Shown: positions 1-10,881 of the stretch, piece after piece | How the letters are laid out: the number at the start of each line of letters is the position of its first letter | Numbering within the stretch: the stretch's first letter is position 1 | Origin: Selaginella moellendorffii | Lineage: Eukaryota; Plantae; Lycopodiophyta | Direction: 5' to 3' | DNA length: 64,000 nt | Assembly (NCBI RefSeq): GCF_000143415.4 | Contig: NW_003314287.1 | Span: forward strand, 1 to 64,000 | Translations under genes and position numbers: made by a program | The notes under the pieces: model-generated | Databases searched by the model: none | What the model was told of the DNA's origin: nothing | What the model saw: only the letters and a program-made list of their open reading frames with translations

Positions 1-525
1 CAACCTCCGTTCGACATCCCCGCAGGGAGTCGGGCGTAGTTCCCTACGCCTGGTCAACATAGCTAACCCATGCTAATTAGCTTACCTTCGGCGTGCCTTC
101 GGGTCCCAACATATGCCATTGCTCAACTTCACAAATTGATACTTTAATTGAACTTTGCATAAGTACATAGAGTTTTGCCTTGCAGAAATTCCTCCACTAG
201 ATCTCGCGCGTTTGCTAGATTCTCCTCCGGTTCCCATGTTGCTTCGTAGTGTGGAAATCCTTTCCACTTCACATGGAACTCTCTCACCTCACGTCCTTGT
301 CACTTGCTCTTGCGCGCATTAAGAATGGCCTTGACTTCGTATTCCTCTTCCCCTTGGATAACCTCAGGTAAAGGTCTTATTTAGTCCTTGCGAAGCGGAT
401 CCTCAAAGTACGGCTTGAGTAAGTTCACGTGGAACACTGGGTGCATCTTCCCCATCTCTCGAGGAAGTCAGAGACGATAAGCCACTTTACTGATTTGTGC
501 CTCAATCTTGTAAGGCCCTGTGAAC

Positions 526-577
526 CTGCTTAAGGAACTCAAGATCAATTCATTTACAGGAATACATGCATTTTTAC
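526..577 (-). other. 52-nt GT-AG intron in integrase of copy C (intron 2)
   Basis: Minus strand CAAAG|GTAAAAA...TTAAGCAG|GTTC; removal gives KLTQRFTGPY. Confidence 0.8.
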
Positions 578-995
578 CTTTGGGTCAACTTCTGGCTGAT
601 CCCACTTGGTAGCCTAAGGTTCTTGGTGTTCAGCCACACTTTCTCCCCAGCTTGGAACTCTACATCCTGGCGCTTTTGGTTCGCATACTTGGTTTGCCTT
701 TGTTGAGCCCGTTCCAAGGAATCCCTCACTAGATTCCAAATGTTGAGTCTTTCTGCCATGAATGCCTCCACTGCGGGTAACTCTCCATGATACTCGGCCA
801 CGCCAAGTTCCACAGGACCTTCAATAGCTCGCCCATTGATGACTTCCCATGGACTCACCCCGATGCTCGAATGTGGTGAGTTGTTATAACACATTTCCGC
901 AAGTCCCAAATGACTTACCCAATCGGTCTGGTCTCCCGAGACATAGCATCGCAAATAATCCTCCAGCTGCCTATTCACCCTTTCCGTTTGTCCGT

Positions 996-1042
996 CTGTC
1001 AAGAAGTGTTAGTGCCATCAAACTTGACTTAATACCCATTAC
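996..1042 (-). other. 47-nt GT-AG intron in integrase of copy C (intron 1)
   Basis: Minus strand ACAG|GTAATG...CACTAAC...TTGACAG|ACGGA; removal gives HPQTDGQTER. Confidence 0.82.
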
Positions 1043-1770
1043 CTGTCTGTGGGTGATAGGCTGTGCTGAATTTTAACTTGGTGCAATACTGTTCCAGGAG
1101 TGTTCTCCAGAACCTATTGGTGAAGATCTTATCTCGATCTGAGATAATCTCTTCTAGCCTTCCCCGCACTTGAACCACTTGTTCGAAGAACAACTTCACC
1201 ACACCTTCCGCATCCACTTCCATTGTGGTGGGTATGAAATGTGCCATCTTCAAAAATCGATCCACCACCACAAATATCGCATCAAACCCCTCACTTGGGG
1301 GGAGTCCCGTGATGAAGTCTATCATAAGACATTTCCACGGACAATCTAGAATTGGGATGCTTTGTAATAAGCCCCCACTAGCCTTATTCATGGCTTTGAC
1401 CTGCTGACATGTTGGACATGTCTTTATATAGTCTTGGACGTCCTTAGCCATATCTGGCCAGTGGTTTTTCCTCTTAAGTAAGCCCATTTTTCTTGGGCAC
1501 TCCGCCGTGTCCTGCAAGAGGTCCGTCATGACACTCTTCTAAGGATACCTTCCTTAGTTCCCCTTCTGGAACATACACCTTCGTTTGCTTGTAATATATG
1601 AGTCCATTGCGTTCCACATAGCCCGTTTTCTCTTTCGTTGGCAGCTCACCTCTCTGGTGAGCTTCCTGTGCCTCTAGATTCCTTAGCAACACTTCTTGTG
1701 CTAGACCATCATTCTCGTATGTGTGTGAGACACAAAATCCCTAGGCCCCAAAGTGGAGCCGGAAGGGCGC

Positions 1771-2917
1771 TGTAAGCCACAAATTTTTCCTTTCCAATTT
1801 GCCAGCTTACCTCGCCTATCCGACCAACTCCGCCTTGGCTTGTGCTAAGTTCCCTCGCCAAGGTTCTCGCCTATGGTACCAGCTCCTACTTGGTTTCAAC
1901 TACTTACTGCACGAGCAACGGAGTGTTAGCCATCCATCTACGGATTCCCAAATCTCTCCCAATCCCCCTCCCCGGGTTAGACTGGACTTAAGGTTCGGCT
2001 ACACTCCCTGCAGGCACAAGCAGCCAAGCACACCAAGCCTCCAGATTCCTAACACCCCAAGGTATCACAAGGCTTGATCATGGGACCCTCTAAATCCCAA
2101 GCCTTGGGTGCAGCACTTGCTTCGGGACGTCGGGGCGAAACACCGTGGCCTAACGGCCCGGTATGGGTACCTCTACCCCCCCTCTTCCATCCCGAAGGAA
2201 AGGCCCAAGCCCCCGGAAGGGCGAGGACCAATGAGCCACAAGGTACTCAAGTGGGGCACCACTCCACCTGAGCCGGGAGCACCGCAATCGGTTTCCCTTT
2301 CGGGAGTGGGAGCTGCTCTTGAGCACTTCCTTGGATGGCCCCTCCGGCACCAGCCAAGTCCATGCTCACTCCCACCCAAGGCCCCTCGGTCCCAGTCCCA
2401 ACCTCAAGTCGGTTTGGAAGCCCAACTGGAGAGTCCCTTCTAAACTGGTTCCTGGACCTCACTATCCTTACTATACTTTTGGAACCCCCTGCAGCCCCCC
2501 CCCCCTGGGAGACGCACGCTTTGGGCTTTCACCCCTTGACCCGTATTAGTATTTGGACTTAGTCTCTGGCTCGATCTCGGACCCGATTTCGGATCCGACT
2601 TCGGATTCGGGTTCGGACTCGATCACGGACTTGATCTCGGACCCGATCTCGGACCCGACCTCGGACTCGACCTCGGACTCGGTCTCGGACCCGATTTCGG
2701 ATCCGGACTCCGTCTCGAACTCGGTCTCGAACTCGGACTCGAACTCGGTCCCCGAGTCGGTCTCGGATTCGATTCCGGACTCTATCTCGAACTCGGTCCT
2801 AGAGTCGGTCTTGGACTCGATCCTCGACTTGGTCCCATCCGATGAACTCTTTGTCACTTCGGTCAAGCTTTTGGGGATCCTTTAGCCTACGACATCTCGG
2901 GGAGTCGGTTCCTTACA
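1771..2917 (-). repeat. 3' LTR of element A
   Basis: TGTAAG...TTACA termini; direct repeat of 8153-9300; adjacent to the PPT. Confidence 0.95.
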
Positions 2918-2930
2918 ACTCCACCACCCA
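2918..2930 (-). other. Polypurine tract of A (TGGGTGGTGGAGT)
   Basis: Immediately precedes the 3' LTR on the minus strand; identical to the PPT of B. Confidence 0.85.
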
Positions 2931-2938
2931 TAGAAGAA

Positions 2939-3225
2939 GTTCGATGCCCACATCGAACGTCTCGTTTTATCCTACGACTTGTTGTCCATGTCTCCGGGGG
3001 CATCCCCCCACTTAGCGGTGTGCCTAAGTTAGCCTCCCCGGCCAAGAGCCCATGACAACGGAATATAGGTGTCCCTATATTCCTCACCTCACCACGCCCT
3101 AGTATAGGGTCGGGACTTGAACCCAGCCTTGCTTTACTAGGGGGTTGGGACTCGAACCCAACCTCCGTAGAATACGTCTACGGATTCGACATCCCCGCAA
3201 GGAGTCGGGCGTAGTGCCCTACGCC
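2939..3225 (-). other. Structured 3' UTR of A: chain of stem-loops including two T-loop/B-box-like hairpins
   Basis: Perfect stems at 3208-3225, 3164-3184, 3144-3162, 3060-3083 and 2939-2958; compensatory changes in the homologous region of B. Confidence 0.7.
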
Positions 3226-3320
3226 TGGTCGACCTATCCAACCCATGCTAATTAGCTTACCTTTGGCGCGCCTTCGGGTCCCAACATATGCCATTTGCTC
3301 AACTTTGCAAATTGATATTT

Positions 3321-6300
3321 TTAATTGAATTTTGCATAAGTACATAAAGTTCTGCCTTGCAGAAATTCCTCCACTAGATCTCGAGCGTTCGCTAGGTTCT
3401 CCTCCGGTTCCCATGTTGCTTCGCAGTGTGGAAATCCTTTCCACTTCACATGGAACTCTCTCACCTCGCGTCCTTGTCGCTTGCTCTTGCGCGCATTGAG
3501 GATGGCCTCGACTTCGTATTCCTCTTCCCCTTGGATAACCTCAGGTAAAGGTCTCACTTGGTCCTTGCGAAGCGGATCCTCAAAGTACGGCTTGAGTAAG
3601 TTCACGTGGAACACTGGGTGCATCTTCCCCATCTCTCGAGGAAGTCGGAGTCGGTAAGCCACTTTACCGATTCGTGCCTCAATTTCATAAGGCCCCGCGA
3701 ACCTGCTTAAGGAACTCAAGATCAATTCATTTACAGGAATACATGCGTCTTTACCTTTGGGTCAACTTTCGGCTGATCCAGCTTGGTAGTCTGAGGTTCT
3801 TGGTGTTCAGCCACACCTTCTCCCCAGCTTGGAACTCCACATCCCGACGCTTTTGGTTCGCGTACTTAGTTTGCCTTTGTTGAGCCCGTTCCAAGGAATC
3901 CCTCACTAGATTCCAAATGTTGAGTCTTTCCGCCGTGAATGCCTCCACTGCGGGTAACTCTCCATGATACTCGGCCACGCCGAGTTCCACAGGACCTTCA
4001 ATAGCTCGCCCATTGATGACTTCCCATGGACTCACCCCGATGCTTGAGTGTGGTGAGTTGTTATAACACATTTCCGCAAGTCCCAAATGACTTACCCAGT
4101 CGGTCTGGTCTCCCGAGACATAGCATCGCAAATAATCCTCCAGCTGCCTATTCACCCTTTCCGTTTGTCCGTCTGTCAAGAAGTGTTAGTGCCATCAATC
4201 TTGACTTAATACCCATTACCTGTCTGTGGGTGATAGGCTGTGCTGAATTTCAATTTGGTGCGATACTGTTCTAGGAGTGTCCTCCAGAACCTACTAGTGA
4301 AGATCTTATCTCGATCTGAGATAATCTCTTCCGGCCTTCCCCGAACTCGAACCACTTGTTCAAAGAACAGCTTCGCCACACCTTCCGCATCCACGTCCGT
4401 TGTGGTGGGTATGAAATGTGCCATCTTTGAAAATCGGTCCACCACCACGAATATCGCATCAAACCCCTCGCTTGGGGGTAGTCCCGTGATGAAGTCCATC
4501 GTAAGACATTTCCACGGGCGATCTGGAATTGGGATGCTTTGCAACAAGCCCCCACTAGCCTTAGTCACGGCTTTGACCTGCTGACATGTTGGACATGTCT
4601 TTACATAGTCTTGGACGTCCTTAGCCATATCTGGCCAATGGTACTTCCTCTTGAGTAAGCCCATCGTCTTGGGCACTCCGCCGTGTCCCGCAAGAGGTCC
4701 GTCATGACACTCTTCTAAGGCCACCTTCCTTAGTTCCCCTTCTGGAACATACACCCTCGTTTGCTTGTAATAAATGAGTCCGTTGCGTTCCGCATAGCCC
4801 GTTTTCTCTTCCGTTGGCAGCTCACCTCTCTGGTGAGCTTCCCGCGCCTCTAGATTCCTCAGCAACACTTCTTGTGCTAGACCATCGTTCTCATATGCTG
4901 TCCGCACATCGTCCCAGAAGGTTGCTGTTGCGCTGGATATTGCCAACTTCAAGCTCGCTTTTCGACTTAGCGCATCCGCCACGATGTTGCTCTTCCCAGG
5001 CTTGTACAGAATTTCGCAATCAAACTCGGCCAAGGCATTGGCCCACCGACCTTGTTTCCCTCTTAGGTCGGGCTGTGACAAGAAGTGTTTCGTCGCCACA
5101 TTGTCCGTGTAAACCTTGAAGTGTCTCCCAAGGTAGTGTCGCCACTCCTTGAGTGCCTTGACCACCGCAAACAATTCCTTCTCATGGGCAGGCCACTTCC
5201 GTTGAGCCTTGTCCAGCTTCTTCGAGAAGAACGCTACCGGATGGTTGTCTTGCTTCAGAACTGCGCCCAACGCAAAGTCCGAAGCATCCGTTTCTACCTC
5301 AAAGTCCTTACCAAAGTCTGGCAATGCCAATACGGGAGCCTTCCTCAACTTCCCTTTGAGGTGGACGAATGCCGCCTCGCATTCTGCTGTCCATACCATC
5401 TTCCCTTTTCCTGTTTGGTCCGTTAAGGGCAGGGCTACTCTCGAATAGTGTCTGATAAACTTTCGATAGTAGTTGCATAGCCCCAGGAACGCCCTCAACT
5501 CATGTACATTCGATGGTCGCTCCCATTCCTGGATCGCTTGGACCTTCTCCGGGTCCACCTTGAGCCCGTCCTGGCCCACCACATGCCCGAGAAACTTTAC
5601 CTCTTGTTGAGCAAAGTCACATTTGCTCTCTTTAGCATACAGCTTGTGTTCCCTTAGTTTCTCAAACACCTTCGCCAAGTGTTCGGCATGCTCTTCTAGC
5701 GTCTCGCTATAGATCAGGATGTCGTCGATATAGACGACCACGAAGTGATCCAGATAGGGTACAAAGACGTGGTTCATTAGCGCCGAAAACGTTGCCGGCG
5801 CATTACATAGCCCGAAGGGCATCACCAGAAACTCAAAGCTCCCATACCTCGTTCGACAGGTTGTCTTCTCGACATCTTCCTCGGCTACCCTGATCTGGTA
5901 GTATCCTGACCTTAGGTCAATCCTCGAGAAGTATTTTGCCTTTCCCAACCTATCGAACAGGTCCTCAATCCTTGGCAAAGGGTACTTGTTCTTCTTTGTA
6001 TACTTGTTGAGCAAGCGGTAGTCTATGCACATGCGCATAGATCCATCTTTCTTTTTCACAAATAACACCGGCGCCCCATACGGCGACTTGCTCAACCTAA
6101 CATACCCTTTGTCCACCAACTCCTCTAGTTGGCACTTGAGCTCCTTGAGTTCTTTTTCGTTCAAACGATAAGGGGGACGAACCACTGCCTCAGCACCCTC
6201 GACCAGCTCAATCTTATGTTCTATTGGTCGTGCTGGGGGCAGCCCCGCCGGTAGCTCCTCCGGCATAGTATCCTGGAATTGGTCCAACACCCGCTGGATC

Positions 6301-8093
6301 ACTAAAGGCACTTCTTCCGTTCTTGTCTTTTTGTCACTCTTCACCGAGAGTAAGCACAAAAAGGCTGCCTTAGTTCCTTTAGTGAGTTGTCCTCTCGTGG
6401 ACACCAGGTTTAAGCAGGATTCTTTGGCCTTGCTTTGCCCTACCTTTAGATCCTGGGCTTCCACCCTAGATCTTCTTCCTTGGGCATTCGCCAGTACCAC
6501 AAGGTTCCTACCTTGTCCATGTAGGGCTACCACGAACCGATTGAACCAATCCATTCCGAAGATCACGTCAAATCCCGCCATGTCCAACACGGTGAAATCC
6601 ATGTCTACCTTCCATGTCCCTACTTCGACTTTCGCTTGTCGAAGTACCTCATCGGTGCTTTGGCTACCTTGAACAAACTCTATAGTCCTTGGTTCGCCTA
6701 GCCGCTGCACCGTTAGTCCGGCTTGCCGGACTATGTCTGCAGCCACAAAATTATCCGAAGCACCCGTGTCAATAAGGATCTTAACAAAGCTACCTCCGAG
6801 CTTCCCTCGGAGGGCTAGTAGATGTCGCGAACGACTCTCTACCAAAGTTGCTCGTGTAATGAGTAACTTTGAGTTAGGGACTGGATCACATACCTCATTT
6901 TGGACTTTGCCCGACTTGATGGCCATATTGGCTCTGGCCTTCTTCGGGTAGGGACATTCCCTCGAAAAGTGTCCCGCTTCACCGCAGTTATAGCATACGT
7001 TGTTTCCCACGCTGCTATATGACTTGACCTTCTTATCCGTGGGTTTGTCTCTTTTCGCTTGACTCCCCCACGTACTTGCTCGCTGGCCACCGGATTTGCC
7101 TTTCCGAAATCCCGAGGACTCATTCTTAGAGAAACTCTTCTTGAATTTCCCCCTGCTATATGTTCCCCTCGGTTTGGCCCCTTTGTGAAATGTGGATCCC
7201 GACCCCGTCGTGTTCCCCTTTCGCAGGTTATCGTTGAAATGCACCTTGATGGCCGCATCCAACGCTTCCTTGTAGTTGGTCGGGTTTCAGCGCATCACCT
7301 CACCGCGAGCCCAGGTTTGCAAACCTGATATAAAGGCATGGAACGCATCCATATCCCCCATGTCCGTGACAAGTATCCTCTTTGCCATGAACCCATTCAC
7401 ATATTCCTGGATGGTTCCAGTCTGCTTCAGCCTACTCAGCTCATCTCTCAGATGCAGAGTGGCATTCGGAGGAACATATGTCGCGCGGATCCTCGCCTTC
7501 ATCATGTCCCAGGTGGCCACCGGTCCTTCGTTGGCCTCCGTTGTTCTCCACCAAGACTTGGCATTATCTGCCAAGTATGGTTTTGCACATGGGACCTTCT
7601 CCGAGCTCGGTAACCGTAACGCTCGGAAGTAGTCCTCCATATCGTAAAACCAATCCTCCACCACCTTATAGTCGTTCACTCCCTTGAACACCGGTGGGGG
7701 CTTTGGTTTGTACTTGGGAACTGCCTGAGGGACTGATTCCACTTCGGTCTGTTCGACCTTGTCTGGTTTTGCCTCAGTCCCTGCCGAAGGGTCCGCACCT
7801 TCTGCGCTGCCAGCATCCGCAGTCTTTCGCCTTTTCTTCCGTTTCTCGTCACGCTTTAGCTTGCGTACGAGAGTCTCCAGCAGGGCATTGGTCTGCGCCA
7901 ATTGACCTTCTAGAACGTCCAATCGAGCCTTGGACGACCGAACCTCGCCACCGGACTCCTGTTTGGAAGTTTCCTCACTAGAGTCCTCCTCATGCAAGGA
8001 TTCCTCATCCATAGCCTCTTGTTCGACCGGAGGCTCCAGCTCTGGCGGAGGTTCTGTCTCCGCCTGGGTTCGCTTACGCCCTGCCCTTGCCAT
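3321..8093 (-). CDS. Gag-Pol polyprotein of A (Gag, CCHC knuckle, protease, RT, RNase H, integrase, chromodomain); two introns and one premature TGA at 7287-7289
   Basis: [40 protein letters not shown] and chromodomain (YEVEAIL...VKWKGF...TWEPEENL). One frame after removing 4173-4219 and 3703-3754. The TGA corresponds to TGG in copy C. Confidence 0.9.
3703..3754 (-). other. 52-nt GT-AG intron 2 in integrase of A
   Basis: CAAAG|GTAAAG...TTCCTTAAGCAG|GTTCGCG; splicing gives [12 protein letters not shown]. Confidence 0.83.
4173..4219 (-). other. 47-nt GT-AG intron 1 in integrase of A
   Basis: ACAG|GTAATGGG...CACTAACACTTCTTGACAG|ACGGA with a CTAAC branch-site motif; splicing gives HPQTDGQTER. 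Confidence 0.85.
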
Positions 8094-8136
8094 CTCCCAG
8101 CAATCCGCCTCTATCCTTCGCTAGAACTGAGGAGAA

Positions 8137-8149
8137 GGCTCCGATACCA
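8137..8149 (-). other. Primer binding site of A (initiator tRNA-Met type, TGGTATCGGAGCC)
   Basis: 3 nt after the 5' LTR; near match to the canonical TGGTATCAGAGC. Confidence 0.88.
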
Positions 8150-8152
8150 AAT

Positions 8153-9300
8153 TGTAAGCCACAAATTTTTCCTTTCCAATTTGCCAGCTTACCTCGCCTA
8201 TCCGACCAACTCCGCCTTGGCTTGTGCTAAGTTCCCTCGCCAAGGTTCTCGCCTATGGTACCAGCTCCTACTTGGTTTCAACTACTTACTGCACGAGCAA
8301 CGGAGTGTTAGCCATCCATCTACGGATTCCCAAATCTCTCCCAATCCCCCTCCCCGGGTTAGACTGGACTTAAGGTTCGGCTACACTCCCTGCAGGCACA
8401 AGCAGCCAAGCACACCAAGCCTCCAGATTCCTAACACCCCAAGGTATCACAAGGCTTGATCATGGGACCCTCTAAATCCCAAGCCTTGGGTGCAGCACTT
8501 GCTTCGGGACGTCGGGGCGAAACACCGTGGCCTAACGGCCCGGTATGGGTACCTCTACCCCCCCTCTTCCATCCCGAAGGAAAGGCCCAAGCCCCCGGAA
8601 GGGCGAGGACCAATGAGCCACAAGGTACTCAAGTGGGGCACCACTCCACCTGAGCCGGGAGCACCGCAATCGGTTTCCCTTTCGGGAGTGGGAGCTGCTC
8701 TTGAGCACTTCCTTGGATGGCCCCTCCGGCACCAGCCAAGTCCATGCTCACTCCCACCCAAGGCCCCTCGGTCCCAGTCCCAACCTCAAGTCGGTTTGGA
8801 AGCCCAACTGGAGAGTCCCTTCTAAACTGGTTCCTGGACCTCACTATCCTTACTATACTTTTGGAACCCCCTGCAGCCCCCCCCCCCCTGGGAGACGCAC
8901 GCTTTGGGCTTTCACCCCTTGACCCGTATTAGTGTTTGGACTTAGTCTCTGGCTCGATCTCGGACCCGATTTCGGATCCGACTTCGGATTCGGGTTCGGA
9001 CTCGATCACGGACTTGATCTCGGACCCGATCTCGGACCCGACCTCGGACTCGACCTCGGACTCGGTCTCGGACCCGATTTCGGATCCGGACTCCGTCTCG
9101 AACTCGGTCTCGAATTCGGACTCGAACTCGGTCCCCGAGTCGGTCTCGGATTCGATTCCGGACTCTATCTCGAACTCGGTCCTAGAGTCGGTCTTGGACT
9201 CGATCCTCGACTTGGTCCCATCCGATGAACTCTTTGTCACTTCGGTCAAGCTTTTGGGGATCCTTTAGCCTACGACATCTCGGGGAGTCGGTTCCTTACA
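8153..9300 (-). repeat. 5' LTR of element A
   Basis: Direct repeat of 1771-2917, adjacent to the PBS. Confidence 0.95.
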
Positions 9301-9305
9301 GGCGC

Positions 9306-10866
9306 CACATGGTAGTGGCCGAAGCGAGAGCCAAACGAGCGTAACACGTTTGGACCAAAAGCTCCGACTTGAAAAGTCAAGAGCGGGAGTGGAACTCCCA
9401 ACGAAGTGCTCGAGGAACGAGCACGAAGCGAGCAAAAGGCGAGGCTCCAAAAAGGGACCCAAAAGGACCAACACATGACACGTGGGAGTGTCCGAGATGG
9501 ACTCGAGATGGAGTCCGAAGTGGAGTCCGAGGTGGACCCGAGATGGACCCGAGTTGGAGTCCGAAGTGGAGTCCGAGATGGAGTCCGAAATGGAGTCCGA
9601 GATGGAGTCCGAGATGGAGTCCGAGTTGGAGTCCAAGGTGGACCCGAGATGGACCCGAGTTGGAGTCCGAAGTGGAGTCCGAGATGGACCCGAGATGGAG
9701 TCCGAGATGGAGTCCGAGATGGAGTCTGAGGTGGACCCGAGATGGACCCGAAATGGAGTCCGAGATGGACCCGAGATGGAGTCCGAGATGGAGTCCGAGA
9801 TGGAGTCCGAGTCCGAGTCCGAGTCCGAGTCCGAGTCCGAGTCCGAGTCCGAGTCCGAGTCCGGAGACTGAGAGGGTGAAAGCCCAAAGCGTTCGTCTCC
9901 CAGACCCTGGGGGGTTTGGTGAGCTCCAAAAGTATAGTAGGGGGAGGACTGCAGTGGAGCCAGTTTGGCCAGGAAAGGCCAGTTTGGCCCAGGAAGGCCA
10001 GACCTAGTGTTGGGTGATGAGCTGCCCACCGGGAAGTCCAAGACTAGAGTGAACACAGACCGACAAGCGGGGTAGCTTGGTGAAGTGTTCAAGAGCCGGC
10101 TCTAGTTCCCCCGGGAGATCGATTGGCCGATGCTCCCAGTCTAAGTGTGGGTGGCACTACCTACTTGGATACCTGGTGTGGCTCAATGGAACCCGCTCTA
10201 AGCCCATGGCTAGAGCACCCAAGGGCAGAAGGCGAGGAGAGTACCTAGGTGGCTCGTGTAAGGCCACGGTGTTCCGAAATGTCGTCCCAAAGGCCCAGAC
10301 TGTGGAAAGGAAGAGGAGCAGTCCTCTGGGGTAGTGACCAAGGACACAGTCGTGTGGTGAGGAAGTCCCAGAGGACCGTGGGACTTAGTGGTCGGGCCTG
10401 TGGGCCTCGATCCAGTGGCAGTGTTGGCAAACACGGCCAGGGGCAGAAAGGGACTTGGTAGGAACTGACAAAGGGACTTTGGGGAAGGCGATTCCCCAGG
10501 TCTGTGGGCATCCTAAGGATGCTAAGGAGTGGATCCAGGATGACCCCTCGTAGACAGATGGCCCAGTCTTGGAGAGACGGGATGGTGATGCAAGTGGTAT
10601 TGGACCATTTGCACAGCAAAGGTGAATGGGCATGGCCTTAGCGTAACGGGCCGAGATGTCAGTGGTACCTTTGGGTGTCGGTCATGGGATCGGACACGTG
10701 GAGCACTTGGACCAAGTGCAAAGGTTGAGTGGCATGGATGCCATTCTCGGGGCTAGCAAGCCCCAAGTCCTGAATTGGACTTATGGAGGTTGTGAATGAG
10801 ACTCCTCCAAGTGGTCGGAGGTGTGGTTAAGTGACTAAAGTAGAATGGAAAAATTAGTCGCTTACA
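9306..10866 (+). repeat. Main part of the 5' LTR of element B (contains GAGTCC/GAGATG hexamer arrays)
   Basis: Matches 14957-16511; first 47 bp displaced to 1724-1770. Confidence 0.92.
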
Positions 10867-10869
10867 ATT

Positions 10870-10881
10870 TGGTATCGGAGC
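10870..10881 (+). other. Primer binding site of B (TGGTATCGGAGC)
   Basis: 3 nt after the LTR end CTTACA; same as in A. Confidence 0.88.

Larger units (their letters stand above)
1..1723 (-). mobile_element. Old Ty3/Gypsy chromovirus copy C, left part (integrase, chromodomain, start of 3' UTR); decayed
   Basis: Integrase HHCC/DDE motifs (CPTCQ, DFITGLP, STAYHPQ) and chromodomain. Closely similar to 3160-4900 of element A but with stops and frameshifts. Continues at 16517 after element B. Confidence 0.93.
1771..9300 (-). mobile_element. Young full-length Ty3/Gypsy chromovirus A
   Basis: LTRs 1771-2917 and 8153-9300 (about 3 differences by eye). TSD GGCGC at 1766-1770 and 9301-9305. PBS, PPT and gag-PR-RT-RH-IN-chromodomain order. 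Confidence 0.97.

Noticed and set aside
2546-2885. Ser/Asp/Glu-rich ORFs on both strands (also 8929-10092 and 14847-15737)
   Set aside because: By-products of hexamer repeats inside LTRs; open in several frames at once.
3109-3162. A real tRNA gene
   Set aside because: Only T-arm-like hairpins; no acceptor, D or anticodon arms could be built.
4173-4219. Programmed frameshift or random decay as the cause of the integrase breaks
   Set aside because: Extra sequence with in-frame stops, GT-AG ends, exact motif restoration and presence in two copies fit introns better.
9490-9866. Possible CRISPR-like array
   Set aside because: No unique spacers and no cas genes; eukaryotic LTR satellite.
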